Both the position numbers and the translations under genes were made by a program. The notes under the pieces were generated by a model that saw only the letters and a list, made by a program, of their open reading frames with translations, was not told where the DNA came from and searched no databases. From a bacterium (lineage in GTDB: Bacteria; Patescibacteriota; Saccharimonadia; CAILAD01; GCA-016700035), in the NCBI GenBank assembly GCA_016700035.1, contig CP064998.1, forward strand, positions 334,790 through 398,789: a DNA stretch of 64,000 nucleotides, written 5' to 3'. Of the stretch, positions 56,330 to 64,000 are shown piece by piece. Positions within the stretch are counted from its first letter, which is position 1, and each line of letters begins with the position of its first letter.

Positions 56330-56958
56330 TATTCATCTCCTTTCTCTACCAAGGCAGTGTGGATCAGCTGCAGAGCTTGTTCAGTCAGTGGTTGAATTTT
56401 TGCCTGAGCAGGGTTGTAGAAGCTATAGAAGAGATCGAGTGCCTCTAGGCTACTAAGTTGTTTGGTGTGCATACCAAGTCTTGTCATGCCTTTAGATACG
56501 ATATCTACTTTTAGACTCAGTTGTTCTTTGATGAGTTCAAAGTCTGCTTTTTTACTCGCCCCGTATGGTATTACTAAATAGAAATGACGCGTCAGAATCT
56601 TATTAGTCGTTATGAGTGAACGAATAAACTCATCGTAGTTTTTAAGTTGTTTGCGGTAGACTGGCTCCGCTTCGCCATCTAACCGTTCGGTTAGATCCTC
56701 CAAATATTTATCCATGTCGATCTCACGGGTACGAATCAGGATCTGCAAATTCGAGCCAACTGAGTTTAAGAAGCTCTCATAGGTGTCGATAATCGCATCT
56801 TGTTCTTCTTCACTCTTAAGCTCAAAGTTCAGTGAAGAAACGCTCAGTATTGCCCGGTACTGATCATTCGGGAGCATCAGGATATTATCCCTTACGCCCT
56901 TGATGGCAATCTGTTGTCGGCTGGTAGTTTTACTTGTCGACTTCTGTAAAGCGAACAC
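56329..56958 (-). CDS. Hypothetical T4SS-operon protein, possibly a separately encoded VirB4 N-terminal domain
   Basis: 209 aa soluble; 1-nt overlap (TAATG) with VirB4-like gene; combined length about 786 aa equals typical VirB4. Confidence 0.4.
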   Translation of the reverse strand: MFALQKSTSKTTSRQQIAIKGVRDNILMLPNDQYRAILSVSSLNFELKSEEEQDAIIDTYESFLNSVGSNLQILIRTREIDMDKYLEDLTERLDGEAEPVYRKQLKNYDEFIRSLITTNKILTRHFYLVIPYGASKKADFELIKEQLSLKVDIVSKGMTRLGMHTKQLSSLEALDLFYSFYNPAQAKIQPLTEQALQLIHTALVEKGDE

Positions 56959-57439
56959 GTAGGCCTCCTTTCTTAGTCATTTCAAATCTCAGGTTACTGT
57001 TTTGCCGCTGAATAGTTTCTAGAACTCTAGTAGCATCATGCAGTGCCAGCCTCGGCAGTTTCGCGGTGTCTCGTTTCGTGACTGACTTAGCCTTTTCTTC
57101 TTCTGTTTGCATATTGGGCTGCGGATTATCTCTTAACGTGTCGGTGTTTTTATTGAACAGATAGTATTTTGGTCGCAAGTTATAGCGCAGTATGGTGATT
57201 AGCCAAAACAAGATAATTTTGCCTTTGATGCGGATTGCCAGTATACCCATGAGTAAGCCAATAACTATCATGACGGCGTACTTGTAAGCACTGCTGTGCA
57301 TGACTGGCGGTAGGATGACAAACAAAGCTGCTGCGATGAATACAGGTATCACCAGGAGGGCAAGCTGGGAGAATCCGAGACTGCCCATGATCCTATCCTC
57401 GACTGTGGTTACTTGTGCTGGGACAACCGTACTTCTCAT
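56930..57439 (-). CDS. Small 2-TM membrane protein (VirB3/PrgI/TcpE-like position and topology)
   Basis: 169 aa, two adjacent TM helices then charged tail; immediately upstream of VirB4-like genes. Confidence 0.45.
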   Translation of the reverse strand: MRSTVVPAQVTTVEDRIMGSLGFSQLALLVIPVFIAAALFVILPPVMHSSAYKYAVMIVIGLLMGILAIRIKGKIILFWLITILRYNLRPKYYLFNKNTDTLRDNPQPNMQTEEEKAKSVTKRDTAKLPRLALHDATRVLETIQRQNSNLRFEMTKKGGLRVRFTEVDK

Positions 57440-58908
57440 GATTTGGTCTCCTTATTGTTCTTTGAGGACTGCTTTAGTGCTTCACTGCGCGGAGTTGCTT
57501 TGGGCGCTTCCGTGGTGGTCCCGGTAGGTGCGCGATTAGACTTATTGGATGCTTTTGAGAGTTGCTTACTGCTCGGAGACTTGTACACGGTGGTCGTCCC
57601 ACCTCCAGTTCTACTTGACGCGCCTGCAGTAGCGAGTTGCATTGAACCACGACCCGAAGCTGCGCCACTGGCGCTGGCCACTGCAGCGCGTCCTTTGCCG
57701 GTGAGATAACTGACGCCGTTCATGAACTGTGCACCAAGCTTACGAGCGTTTCGTGCTCCCATGCCGACATAGCTAAACTGCATCATGACACCTTGAGTCT
57801 TAAGAAGTGTTAGCACGGTGGCTAGACCGATTACCATCGACATCAATACATTTGGGATGCCGTTGTTACCATCTGTTGCCGACATGCCCACGAATAAGGT
57901 GGCCGCCAACATCAGGGTCACGACATGTACGAACAGAACAAAGATGGTCATGATGTAGGTTTTGATGGCTGATACTGAAAAGTCACGGAAGCTTGGTAGT
58001 AGCCACAGGGCGATGACAAGCGGAGACAATACTGCTCCAAGGAACAGAACAACGATACGGCCAACATAATAAACTAGGAGAATAACAGCAAAGATAAGAA
58101 ACGCCAGCATCACCAGCAGCGCTGCTGCACCTTGGCCACCACTCTCTTTGACAACGGCTGTCAGTGTCACCCAGACCGAAATTGTGCCGGTAATCTTTCC
58201 GGCGGCTGTTATGAGTACGTTAGAAAGCTGAATAATGGCATCAATAAAGAAGATTGATGTATTAATCAGCAGGAATGCCAGCGCAATTCTTGGCAATAAG
58301 TGTTTGAATTCAAGTTCATCAAAGCCAAAGCTGGCGGCACTCATAACGTGGAAGCCGAGCAAGGCCACAATGAGGATGAACAGCACATCTGTAATGGCAA
58401 CCATAGCAAGCCACAAGTTAAAGACCCCGGAATTACTGGCCATCAATGGTGTTTCTTTGGTGAAATAGTCTAGGGCGGAGAGAAATGGTGCGGCTACGGT
58501 TTGAATGATGTTATTTAAGAAACCAGTCACCGCCCTAATAAGTACTTCAACGAGTCCGTTGCCCGCGTCTTGAGGCTGGATCGCCTGCAGGTTTGGTAGT
58601 GACGCACCTGCTGTATTGGATGGATTGCCATAGGCGCTGGATAAGATGGTCGTAAGTGTTGCTGCACCAATAACAAGTACAAGCCCGACAAGCGCATTGC
58701 GAAGGATTCGCTTGGCATTTTCTAATGATTCAGGATTGCCACGACTGGTAATGTAAAGATAGCCGCCATGGACAAGAAAGAAGACGCAGGCAATTGAAGC
58801 AAGACCAACCAGTATTTGTACGGTCGGCGCTATGTAGTCGCGCATTACCGAAATAGCACCAGACGTATCTGCCAGGAGCGACAGACCGCTAAGCGTTGGA
58901 TTGATCAT
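57436..58908 (-). CDS. VirB6/TrbL-like polytopic membrane protein with pilin-like N-terminal domain and Ser/Gly/Thr-rich C-terminal tail
   Basis: 490 aa; at least 8 TM; N-terminal about 100 aa homologous to adjacent 114-aa protein; low-complexity hydrophilic C-terminus. Confidence 0.6.
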   Translation of the reverse strand: MINPTLSGLSLLADTSGAISVMRDYIAPTVQILVGLASIACVFFLVHGGYLYITSRGNPESLENAKRILRNALVGLVLVIGAATLTTILSSAYGNPSNTAGASLPNLQAIQPQDAGNGLVEVLIRAVTGFLNNIIQTVAAPFLSALDYFTKETPLMASNSGVFNLWLAMVAITDVLFILIVALLGFHVMSAASFGFDELEFKHLLPRIALAFLLINTSIFFIDAIIQLSNVLITAAGKITGTISVWVTLTAVVKESGGQGAAALLVMLAFLIFAVILLVYYVGRIVVLFLGAVLSPLVIALWLLPSFRDFSVSAIKTYIMTIFVLFVHVVTLMLAATLFVGMSATDGNNGIPNVLMSMVIGLATVLTLLKTQGVMMQFSYVGMGARNARKLGAQFMNGVSYLTGKGRAAVASASGAASGRGSMQLATAGASSRTGGGTTTVYKSPSSKQLSKASNKSNRAPTGTTTEAPKATPRSEALKQSSKNNKETKS

Positions 58909-58912
58909 TATG

Positions 58913-59257
58913 CTATCCCCCGAAGGCGCTGCTTGCGAGTGTGGTCACGATGTTGCTAATCACAAACGCCCCTATTGTGATAGCGAGACCAATGAGCGCA
59001 TAGGTAATTGTGCGCTTGGCTCGATCTAAATGCTCCGGGTTACCTGAGCTGGTGATGTAAGTAAAACCACCTGCAACTAAAAAACCGGTCGCTACGAGAC
59101 CGGCTAGTCCTGCAAAGACCGTGATTATACTTCTTATAAAGTTTTCGACGTTGCTTACCCCCGCGGTGGCTGCAAGCGCTGTGCCCGGGAGCACGAGTGG
59201 CAATCCCAGTGCTACAATGAGCAAAGTTATTTTAATATCTGTGGACCTTCTGATCAT
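58913..59257 (-). CDS. VirB2/TrbC-like pilin candidate
   Basis: 114 aa; signal peptide ending ALA-ATAG, two hydrophobic helices joined by short charged loop (TSSGNPEHLDRAKR). Confidence 0.5.
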   Translation of the reverse strand: MIRRSTDIKITLLIVALGLPLVLPGTALAATAGVSNVENFIRSIITVFAGLAGLVATGFLVAGGFTYITSSGNPEHLDRAKRTITYALIGLAITIGAFVISNIVTTLASSAFGG

Positions 59258-59446
59258 ATGACCCTCCGTCGATAAATTAATGTAATTTCATCATAGATCA
59301 AAGATTTGCAAAATTGCAAGAGTTATTTTATAACATAACCACTTTCAACACTTTAGCTCCACCGCTAAGTTCATCAAATAATCAAACAGTGACTTATGCA
59401 AATACTCGCTTCTCATACAGGGAGTAAAGCGATATACTAAACTGTA

Positions 59447-62400
59447 ATGGGAATTATCGACAACAATAGTCAAACGATGCAGTCTGCACTTTCGAATGCT
59501 TTAACCAACGCTGATAAAGTAGATATTTCAGTTGGTTATTTTTACTTCTCAGGCTTTGAGGCGCTAGCTGAGCAGCTCAAGGACAAGCATGTGCGCGTAC
59601 TGGTCGGCATGGAAGTCGACCCTACTTGCATACCAGATATAGTGCAGTTTTCTAAAGAAGCTGATGAAGACCTCTCAAGGTGGCAGCCAAGACAACCCAC
59701 AAGGTCCTCGTTGGGCCTCATTCAAAACTATACAGATGCTCTTGTTGGCTTCTTGAACGATAGTGATACTTTTGATGATCCTAAGGCCGAGAAGGCTTTC
59801 GACATATTTACAAGCAAACTCGAGAACGGCACGCTTGAAATTAGAAAGACACTTACCGACGAACACGGTAAGTTTTACTTAATTCATAACAATACAGAGT
59901 TATCACAAAACGGAGACTTTCCAGGCACAGTCTTTACTGGCTCAAGCAACATGACGTATCGGGGTCTTGTAGGCCAGGGAGAGCTTAATGACACCTATCG
60001 AGATAAATCAAAATTCGAAGAGTATCAAAGAAAATTCGAAGATCTCTGGGACGGCTCAAAATCAATTGCAGTAGCTGATATAAACAGGAAAGATGAATTC
60101 TTAAAGGAGCTTAAAAAGCGTGTTTGGAAGTATCAGACGCCTTCGCCGTATGAGATGTATATTCGTGTACTTCATGAGCTATTTGGTCACGAGCAAGCCG
60201 AGGAAATTCTAAGCCCGAGCAAAATCACGAACGGCCAATTTTCGGATCTAGAATATCAACTCGATGCCATTAAGATGGGTATGGAACGTCTTCAGAAATA
60301 TGACGGTGTATTGATAGCAGATGTTGTGGGTCTCGGAAAAAGTATCATAGCCTCCGGTATCGCCCGTAACATGGATATGAATACCGTAATCATTGCTCCA
60401 CCGCACCTCATTCCTCAGTGGGAAGATTATAAAGAGCAATTTGGTATACGAGGCTCCAGGGTTTTTAGTTCGGGTAATATTCAGCAAGTCTACGATCGTT
60501 ATAAGAATTCAAACGAACCACTTTTGATTATTCTCGACGAAGCTCACCGGTACAGGAACGAAGATACTAACGACTACAAACTGCTGCACCAGGTCTGTAG
60601 AAGCAACCCAGAAAACAAAATACTGGTATTAACTGCAACTCCGTTTAATAACGCCCCTAAAGATATCTTTGCACTCATTAAGCTTTTCCAGACCCCAGGA
60701 CAAGCAACTATTCGATCAGTGGATAATCTGAGCCTCAGATTCCGTGAACTAATCGATCGTTACAAAAAACTCCGAAAGAATATGACCAAGGGCATGGAGC
60801 AACCTGAAATCGATTCCGAGGCAGAGGCAATCGCAGCTGAGCAGCGTAGGCTCATCGAGAGCGTTGTGATTAGAAGATCTAGATTAGATCTGAAACATAT
60901 AACAAGGTACCGTGAGGATCTAAAGAGGCAAAACATTGCCTTTGCTGAGGTTGAGGGACCTGAGCTTATGGAATATGATCTTGGCCCGCTTCTTGATCTT
61001 TATGTTGAGACATTGAACGCAATTAGTGGCGAAGCAGGCGATGGCTTCATCGGCGCCCGATACAAGCCAGCTATTTATATCCAGAACAGACAAGAGTTTA
61101 TTGAGAAGTACGGTAAGGATCTTGACGAATCAGACCTTCAAACTGCTCAGACTAACCTCGCAAACTTCATGCGCAAATTACTTGTGATGCGCTTTGAAAG
61201 CTCTAAGTACGCCTTTGAGAGTACGCTTAATAAAATGATTCAAACTAATGAACTCGTAGAGCGCTGGTGGAATGACCTCGGTAAAGTACCGATCATGAAG
61301 AAAGGCCAAATTCCAGATACAGAAGACTTTAGCCAAGAGGATGGCGAAGATGGTAATAAGCTCGACGAACAGCTAGATGAGCTGCGTGAGCAAAAAGGTC
61401 TCATTGCCATACCCAAGGAGATGCTTGATCCTAAGTTCATTGCCGATGTCATGCACGACACTCAGATCCTAAAGCGCATACAGTCCAAGTGGTTCGGCGA
61501 TTCAGAATTTAGAAATGATGACCCCAAGTCAGACGACCTTGCAAAGAGAATTCATGCCCTAATTCAAGATAATCCTCAGCGAAAGATAGTGGTATTTTCG
61601 GGCTATGCTGATACCGTCAATTACTTATATGACGCGCTTAGACAGCGTGGCGTTAACCGTATCTTTAAGTACACCGCTGGAGACGCTAGCCCAGCATCGA
61701 GAAAACTTATCAAGGAAGAGTTTGATGCCTCACATCCATCAGATCAACAGACAAACGACTTCGATATTTTGCTAGCCACTGACGCTTTGAGTGAAGGTTT
61801 CAACCTGCACCGTGCTGGCGTGATTATAAACTATGATATTCCATACAACCCAACAAGAGTTATTCAGCGTGTTGGCCGTATTAATCGTATAAATAAGAAG
61901 GTGTTTGATACCCTCTATGTGTACAACTCGTTCCCGACTGCTATAGGTGAAGCCGAAACACGCGTTAAGCAGGTATCTACCCTAAAGATGAGCCTTATTA
62001 ACTCTATCGTAGGGAGTGACACAAAAACACTAACAAGCGACGAACAAGTCCAAACATACTTCAAGGATGAATTTAGTAAGGCTGAAGAAGACTCAGAGGT
62101 ATTGTCGTGGGATGCTAAGCACAAGGAAGCATACGACCAAGCATTAAAAGACGAGAATCTAATAAAACAGATACTGCAAGTTCCTCGTAGATCACGAATT
62201 CTACGAAAGGATCGCAAGGAGAAGACCGTGCTCGTCTTTGGGAAAAAGGGAGAGCAGTCGATCTTCACACTTGCCGGAGAAACAACTGAGCCTGTAGTCG
62301 TTGGCGCAGAACAGGCAGTACCTCTTCTAGAAGCAACACCTGAAGAAGTTAGTTACGAAGTTCCAGACAAGTTTGCTCCAGTATTTAATAAAGCGAAAGA

Positions 62401-62722
62401 GAAACTTTTTGCCAAGAACCCGCTCCCCCCTATCAAGGGCCGACGACAGGATGCAATAAAAATGCTCATGGCCCTAAAAGAAACTATCCCATCAAGCGAA
62501 AGCTACTGTGCAGATCTCATTAAAATCATCAAGGAGTATGATGACGTTAGCGAGGGTACTCTCAAGGATATTGCGCAGATGGATATTAGGAATGTTGAGC
62601 AAGCGTATTCTCAGCTACAAGAAAATGTTCCCGTTCAGTTCATACGTAATGTCATCGACCGCGCACACCGCGCGGACGAAGGCAGGGAGTTACTCTTGCT
62701 CGCTGAGGAGCTTGATGCATGA
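59447..62722 (+). CDS. PLD-like nuclease domain fused to SNF2-family helicase (defence-type)
   Basis: 1091 aa; N-terminal HKD-like PLD fold (HGKFYLIHN...GSSNMT); helicase motifs I VGLGKSI, II ILDEAHRYRN, III LTATPFNN, V-VI LATDALSEGFN...QRVGRINR. Confidence 0.8.
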   Translation: MGIIDNNSQTMQSALSNALTNADKVDISVGYFYFSGFEALAEQLKDKHVRVLVGMEVDPTCIPDIVQFSKEADEDLSRWQPRQPTRSSLGLIQNYTDALVGFLNDSDTFDDPKAEKAFDIFTSKLENGTLEIRKTLTDEHGKFYLIHNNTELSQNGDFPGTVFTGSSNMTYRGLVGQGELNDTYRDKSKFEEYQRKFEDLWDGSKSIAVADINRKDEFLKELKKRVWKYQTPSPYEMYIRVLHELFGHEQAEEILSPSKITNGQFSDLEYQLDAIKMGMERLQKYDGVLIADVVGLGKSIIASGIARNMDMNTVIIAPPHLIPQWEDYKEQFGIRGSRVFSSGNIQQVYDRYKNSNEPLLIILDEAHRYRNEDTNDYKLLHQVCRSNPENKILVLTATPFNNAPKDIFALIKLFQTPGQATIRSVDNLSLRFRELIDRYKKLRKNMTKGMEQPEIDSEAEAIAAEQRRLIESVVIRRSRLDLKHITRYREDLKRQNIAFAEVEGPELMEYDLGPLLDLYVETLNAISGEAGDGFIGARYKPAIYIQNRQEFIEKYGKDLDESDLQTAQTNLANFMRKLLVMRFESSKYAFESTLNKMIQTNELVERWWNDLGKVPIMKKGQIPDTEDFSQEDGEDGNKLDEQLDELREQKGLIAIPKEMLDPKFIADVMHDTQILKRIQSKWFGDSEFRNDDPKSDDLAKRIHALIQDNPQRKIVVFSGYADTVNYLYDALRQRGVNRIFKYTAGDASPASRKLIKEEFDASHPSDQQTNDFDILLATDALSEGFNLHRAGVIINYDIPYNPTRVIQRVGRINRINKKVFDTLYVYNSFPTAIGEAETRVKQVSTLKMSLINSIVGSDTKTLTSDEQVQTYFKDEFSKAEEDSEVLSWDAKHKEAYDQALKDENLIKQILQVPRRSRILRKDRKEKTVLVFGKKGEQSIFTLAGETTEPVVVGAEQAVPLLEATPEEVSYEVPDKFAPVFNKAKEKLFAKNPLPPIKGRRQDAIKMLMALKETIPSSESYCADLIKIIKEYDDVSEGTLKDIAQMDIRNVEQAYSQLQENVPVQFIRNVIDRAHRADEGRELLLLAEELDA

Positions 62723-64000
62723 AGCTAGATCAGGCATATGAAAGGCAGTCACTCCAAACGTTCTTGGCAGACTTTTTACCTGGCTACACCAAAGATACTC
62801 GCGAGGTAGCATCGACATCTAAATTGTTTGATTCCGCGACCCAATTAGGTAGTTCTACTGACTTGGATTTACTTGTTTTTGAAGTAACGCTAAGCGCATC
62901 TATCGATAAGAGAATTGCAATTACAACTGATGCCTTCAAGCTAATGAAACAATACCAAGCATATCGAGCATTGATTGTCTTTCGTAATGAAAACGATCCT
63001 CAGTGGCGTTTTTCACTCATGACATCTACGGCAACTATAGAGGATGGAAAAATCATAACTAAGTTATCCAACCCTCGCCGCTACTCCTATCTTTTGGGCG
63101 AGAATACAAAAACAGTAACTCCATATAAGTACCTGGTAAAGAATGGTAGCGTAGTTGATTACGACGATCTCCAGAAGCGCTTTTCTGTAGAGGTTGTAAA
63201 TAAAGAGTTTTACAACTCTATTGCAGACCTTTACACCAAACTGGTCGGCGGCAAAAGAAAGAACGGCAAGAAGCTTGTGGAATACTCAGGTATGTTGAAG
63301 ATATCTGGAAAATCTAGTCAGTCAATTGAGCACCAGGAATTCGCAGTAAGGCTGATAGGCAGACTTGTATTCTGCTGGTTTCTAAGACAGAAAAAGAGCG
63401 ACAAGGGCACGTCCCTTATCCCCGAGTCAATTCTATCGCATGCTGCTTCAAGGCAATCAGAATATTACCATGGCGTATTGGCCCCATTATTCTTCGAAGT
63501 ACTCAACAAAAAGTCAAAAGACCGACACGATGAGTATAAAAATAACGACTATGACCTCGTTCCGTACTTAAACGGTGGCCTGTTTAGCCCGCAGGAGGGT
63601 CCAAGTGGTGACCATTACCAATACAACGGCGGAGTCCCAGTTTCACAGATGGTAGAGATCCCAGATGTGTGGCTTCAAGAATTCACAGAGCTACTCGATA
63701 GGTATAACTTTACAGTTGATGAAAATACCACTTACGACGTAGATCTGTCTGTCGATCCAGAAATGTTAGGGCGGATATTCGAAAATCTTTTAGCAGAGAT
63801 TAATCCTGAAACTGGAGAAAGTGCACGAAAGAGCACAGGGAGCTTTTATACTCCTCGTTCCATCGTCGAGTACATGGTAGATAGAAGCCTCGCATATTCT
63901 ATAAAATCAAAAACCAACATTGAGCCGGATAAGATTGATGCGTTAATTAGTTACGACCGCCTAGATGATAGCGAACACCCTCTCAGTCCAGACGAGGTCA
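62719..64000 (+). CDS. N6-adenine DNA methyltransferase-type protein with about 370-aa N-terminal extension (type IIG/ISP or DISARM DrmMI-like); 3' end beyond window
   Basis: ATGA-coupled to helicase; gamma-class motif X GSFYTPRSIVEYMVD at aa about 375; window ends before motifs I/IV. Confidence 0.65.
   Translation, partial: MKLDQAYERQSLQTFLADFLPGYTKDTREVASTSKLFDSATQLGSSTDLDLLVFEVTLSASIDKRIAITTDAFKLMKQYQAYRALIVFRNENDPQWRFSLMTSTATIEDGKIITKLSNPRRYSYLLGENTKTVTPYKYLVKNGSVVDYDDLQKRFSVEVVNKEFYNSIADLYTKLVGGKRKNGKKLVEYSGMLKISGKSSQSIEHQEFAVRLIGRLVFCWFLRQKKSDKGTSLIPESILSHAASRQSEYYHGVLAPLFFEVLNKKSKDRHDEYKNNDYDLVPYLNGGLFSPQEGPSGDHYQYNGGVPVSQMVEIPDVWLQEFTELLDRYNFTVDENTTYDVDLSVDPEMLGRIFENLLAEINPETGESARKSTGSFYTPRSIVEYMVDRSLAYSIKSKTNIEPDKIDALISYDRLDDSEHPLSPDEV

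Larger units (their letters stand above)
48066..64000. mobile_element. Integrative conjugative-type element (serine recombinase + Replic_Relax + T4SS + defence cargo) adjacent to tRNA-Gln; distal end outside window
   Basis: Integrase directly flanks tRNA 3' end; contiguous minus-strand T4SS operon 51454..59257; defence genes 59447 onward. Confidence 0.6.

Overview
This 64 kb window looks like a small, moderately AT-rich bacterial genome of about 45% GC. Its content fits an episymbiotic CPR/Patescibacteria organism, possibly Saccharibacteria-like, although that assignment is inference only. The gene content is mostly protein-coding and compact, with many 4-nt ATGA-type overlaps between adjacent genes.

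The housekeeping backbone includes pyrG, a CheY-like receiver, rpmA, an RNA methyltransferase, xseA/xseB, a sortase, tRNA-Leu(CAA), mreB and an envelope glycopolymer cluster (O-antigen-ligase-like, GT4, TagA-like). It also includes a LOG-family protein, an unusual UbiA-prenyltransferase/GT2 fusion opposite a polyprenyl-diphosphate synthase, secE-nusG-rplK-rplA, then rplJ-rplL, dnaX, dnaB, a GtrA/GT39/GT2/GT39 polyprenyl-phosphate glycosylation cluster, ybaB-recR, a DEDDh exonuclease and cysS.

Three regions stand out.

- Between rplA and rplJ, the conserved ribosomal-protein cluster is split by a visibly GC-rich insertion of about 3.4 kb. It encodes a complete dTMP-supply module: a cytidylyltransferase-like protein, dCMP deaminase, a DHFR-HIT fusion and thyA.

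- Downstream of cysS is a self-contained minus-strand transcription unit with an extended -10 promoter and its own terminator. It encodes a 39-aa hydrophobic peptide and a 49-aa peptide with 9 cysteines and DnaJ-like CxxCxGxG motifs. The automatic ORF track misses both.

- From tRNA-Gln(TTG) to the window end (about 16 kb) lies an integrative conjugative-type element. It carries a large serine recombinase, a replication-relaxation protein and a Gram-positive-style type IV secretion gene set: a coupling ATPase, a CHAP hydrolase, a VirB4-like ATPase, VirB3- and VirB6-like proteins and a VirB2-like pilin whose fold is duplicated at the N-terminus of the VirB6-like protein. Its cargo is a PLD-nuclease/SNF2-helicase fusion translationally coupled to a large N6-adenine methyltransferase, which is a candidate DISARM-like or type IIG/ISP defence module truncated by the window edge.

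No rRNA genes or CRISPR arrays were seen.
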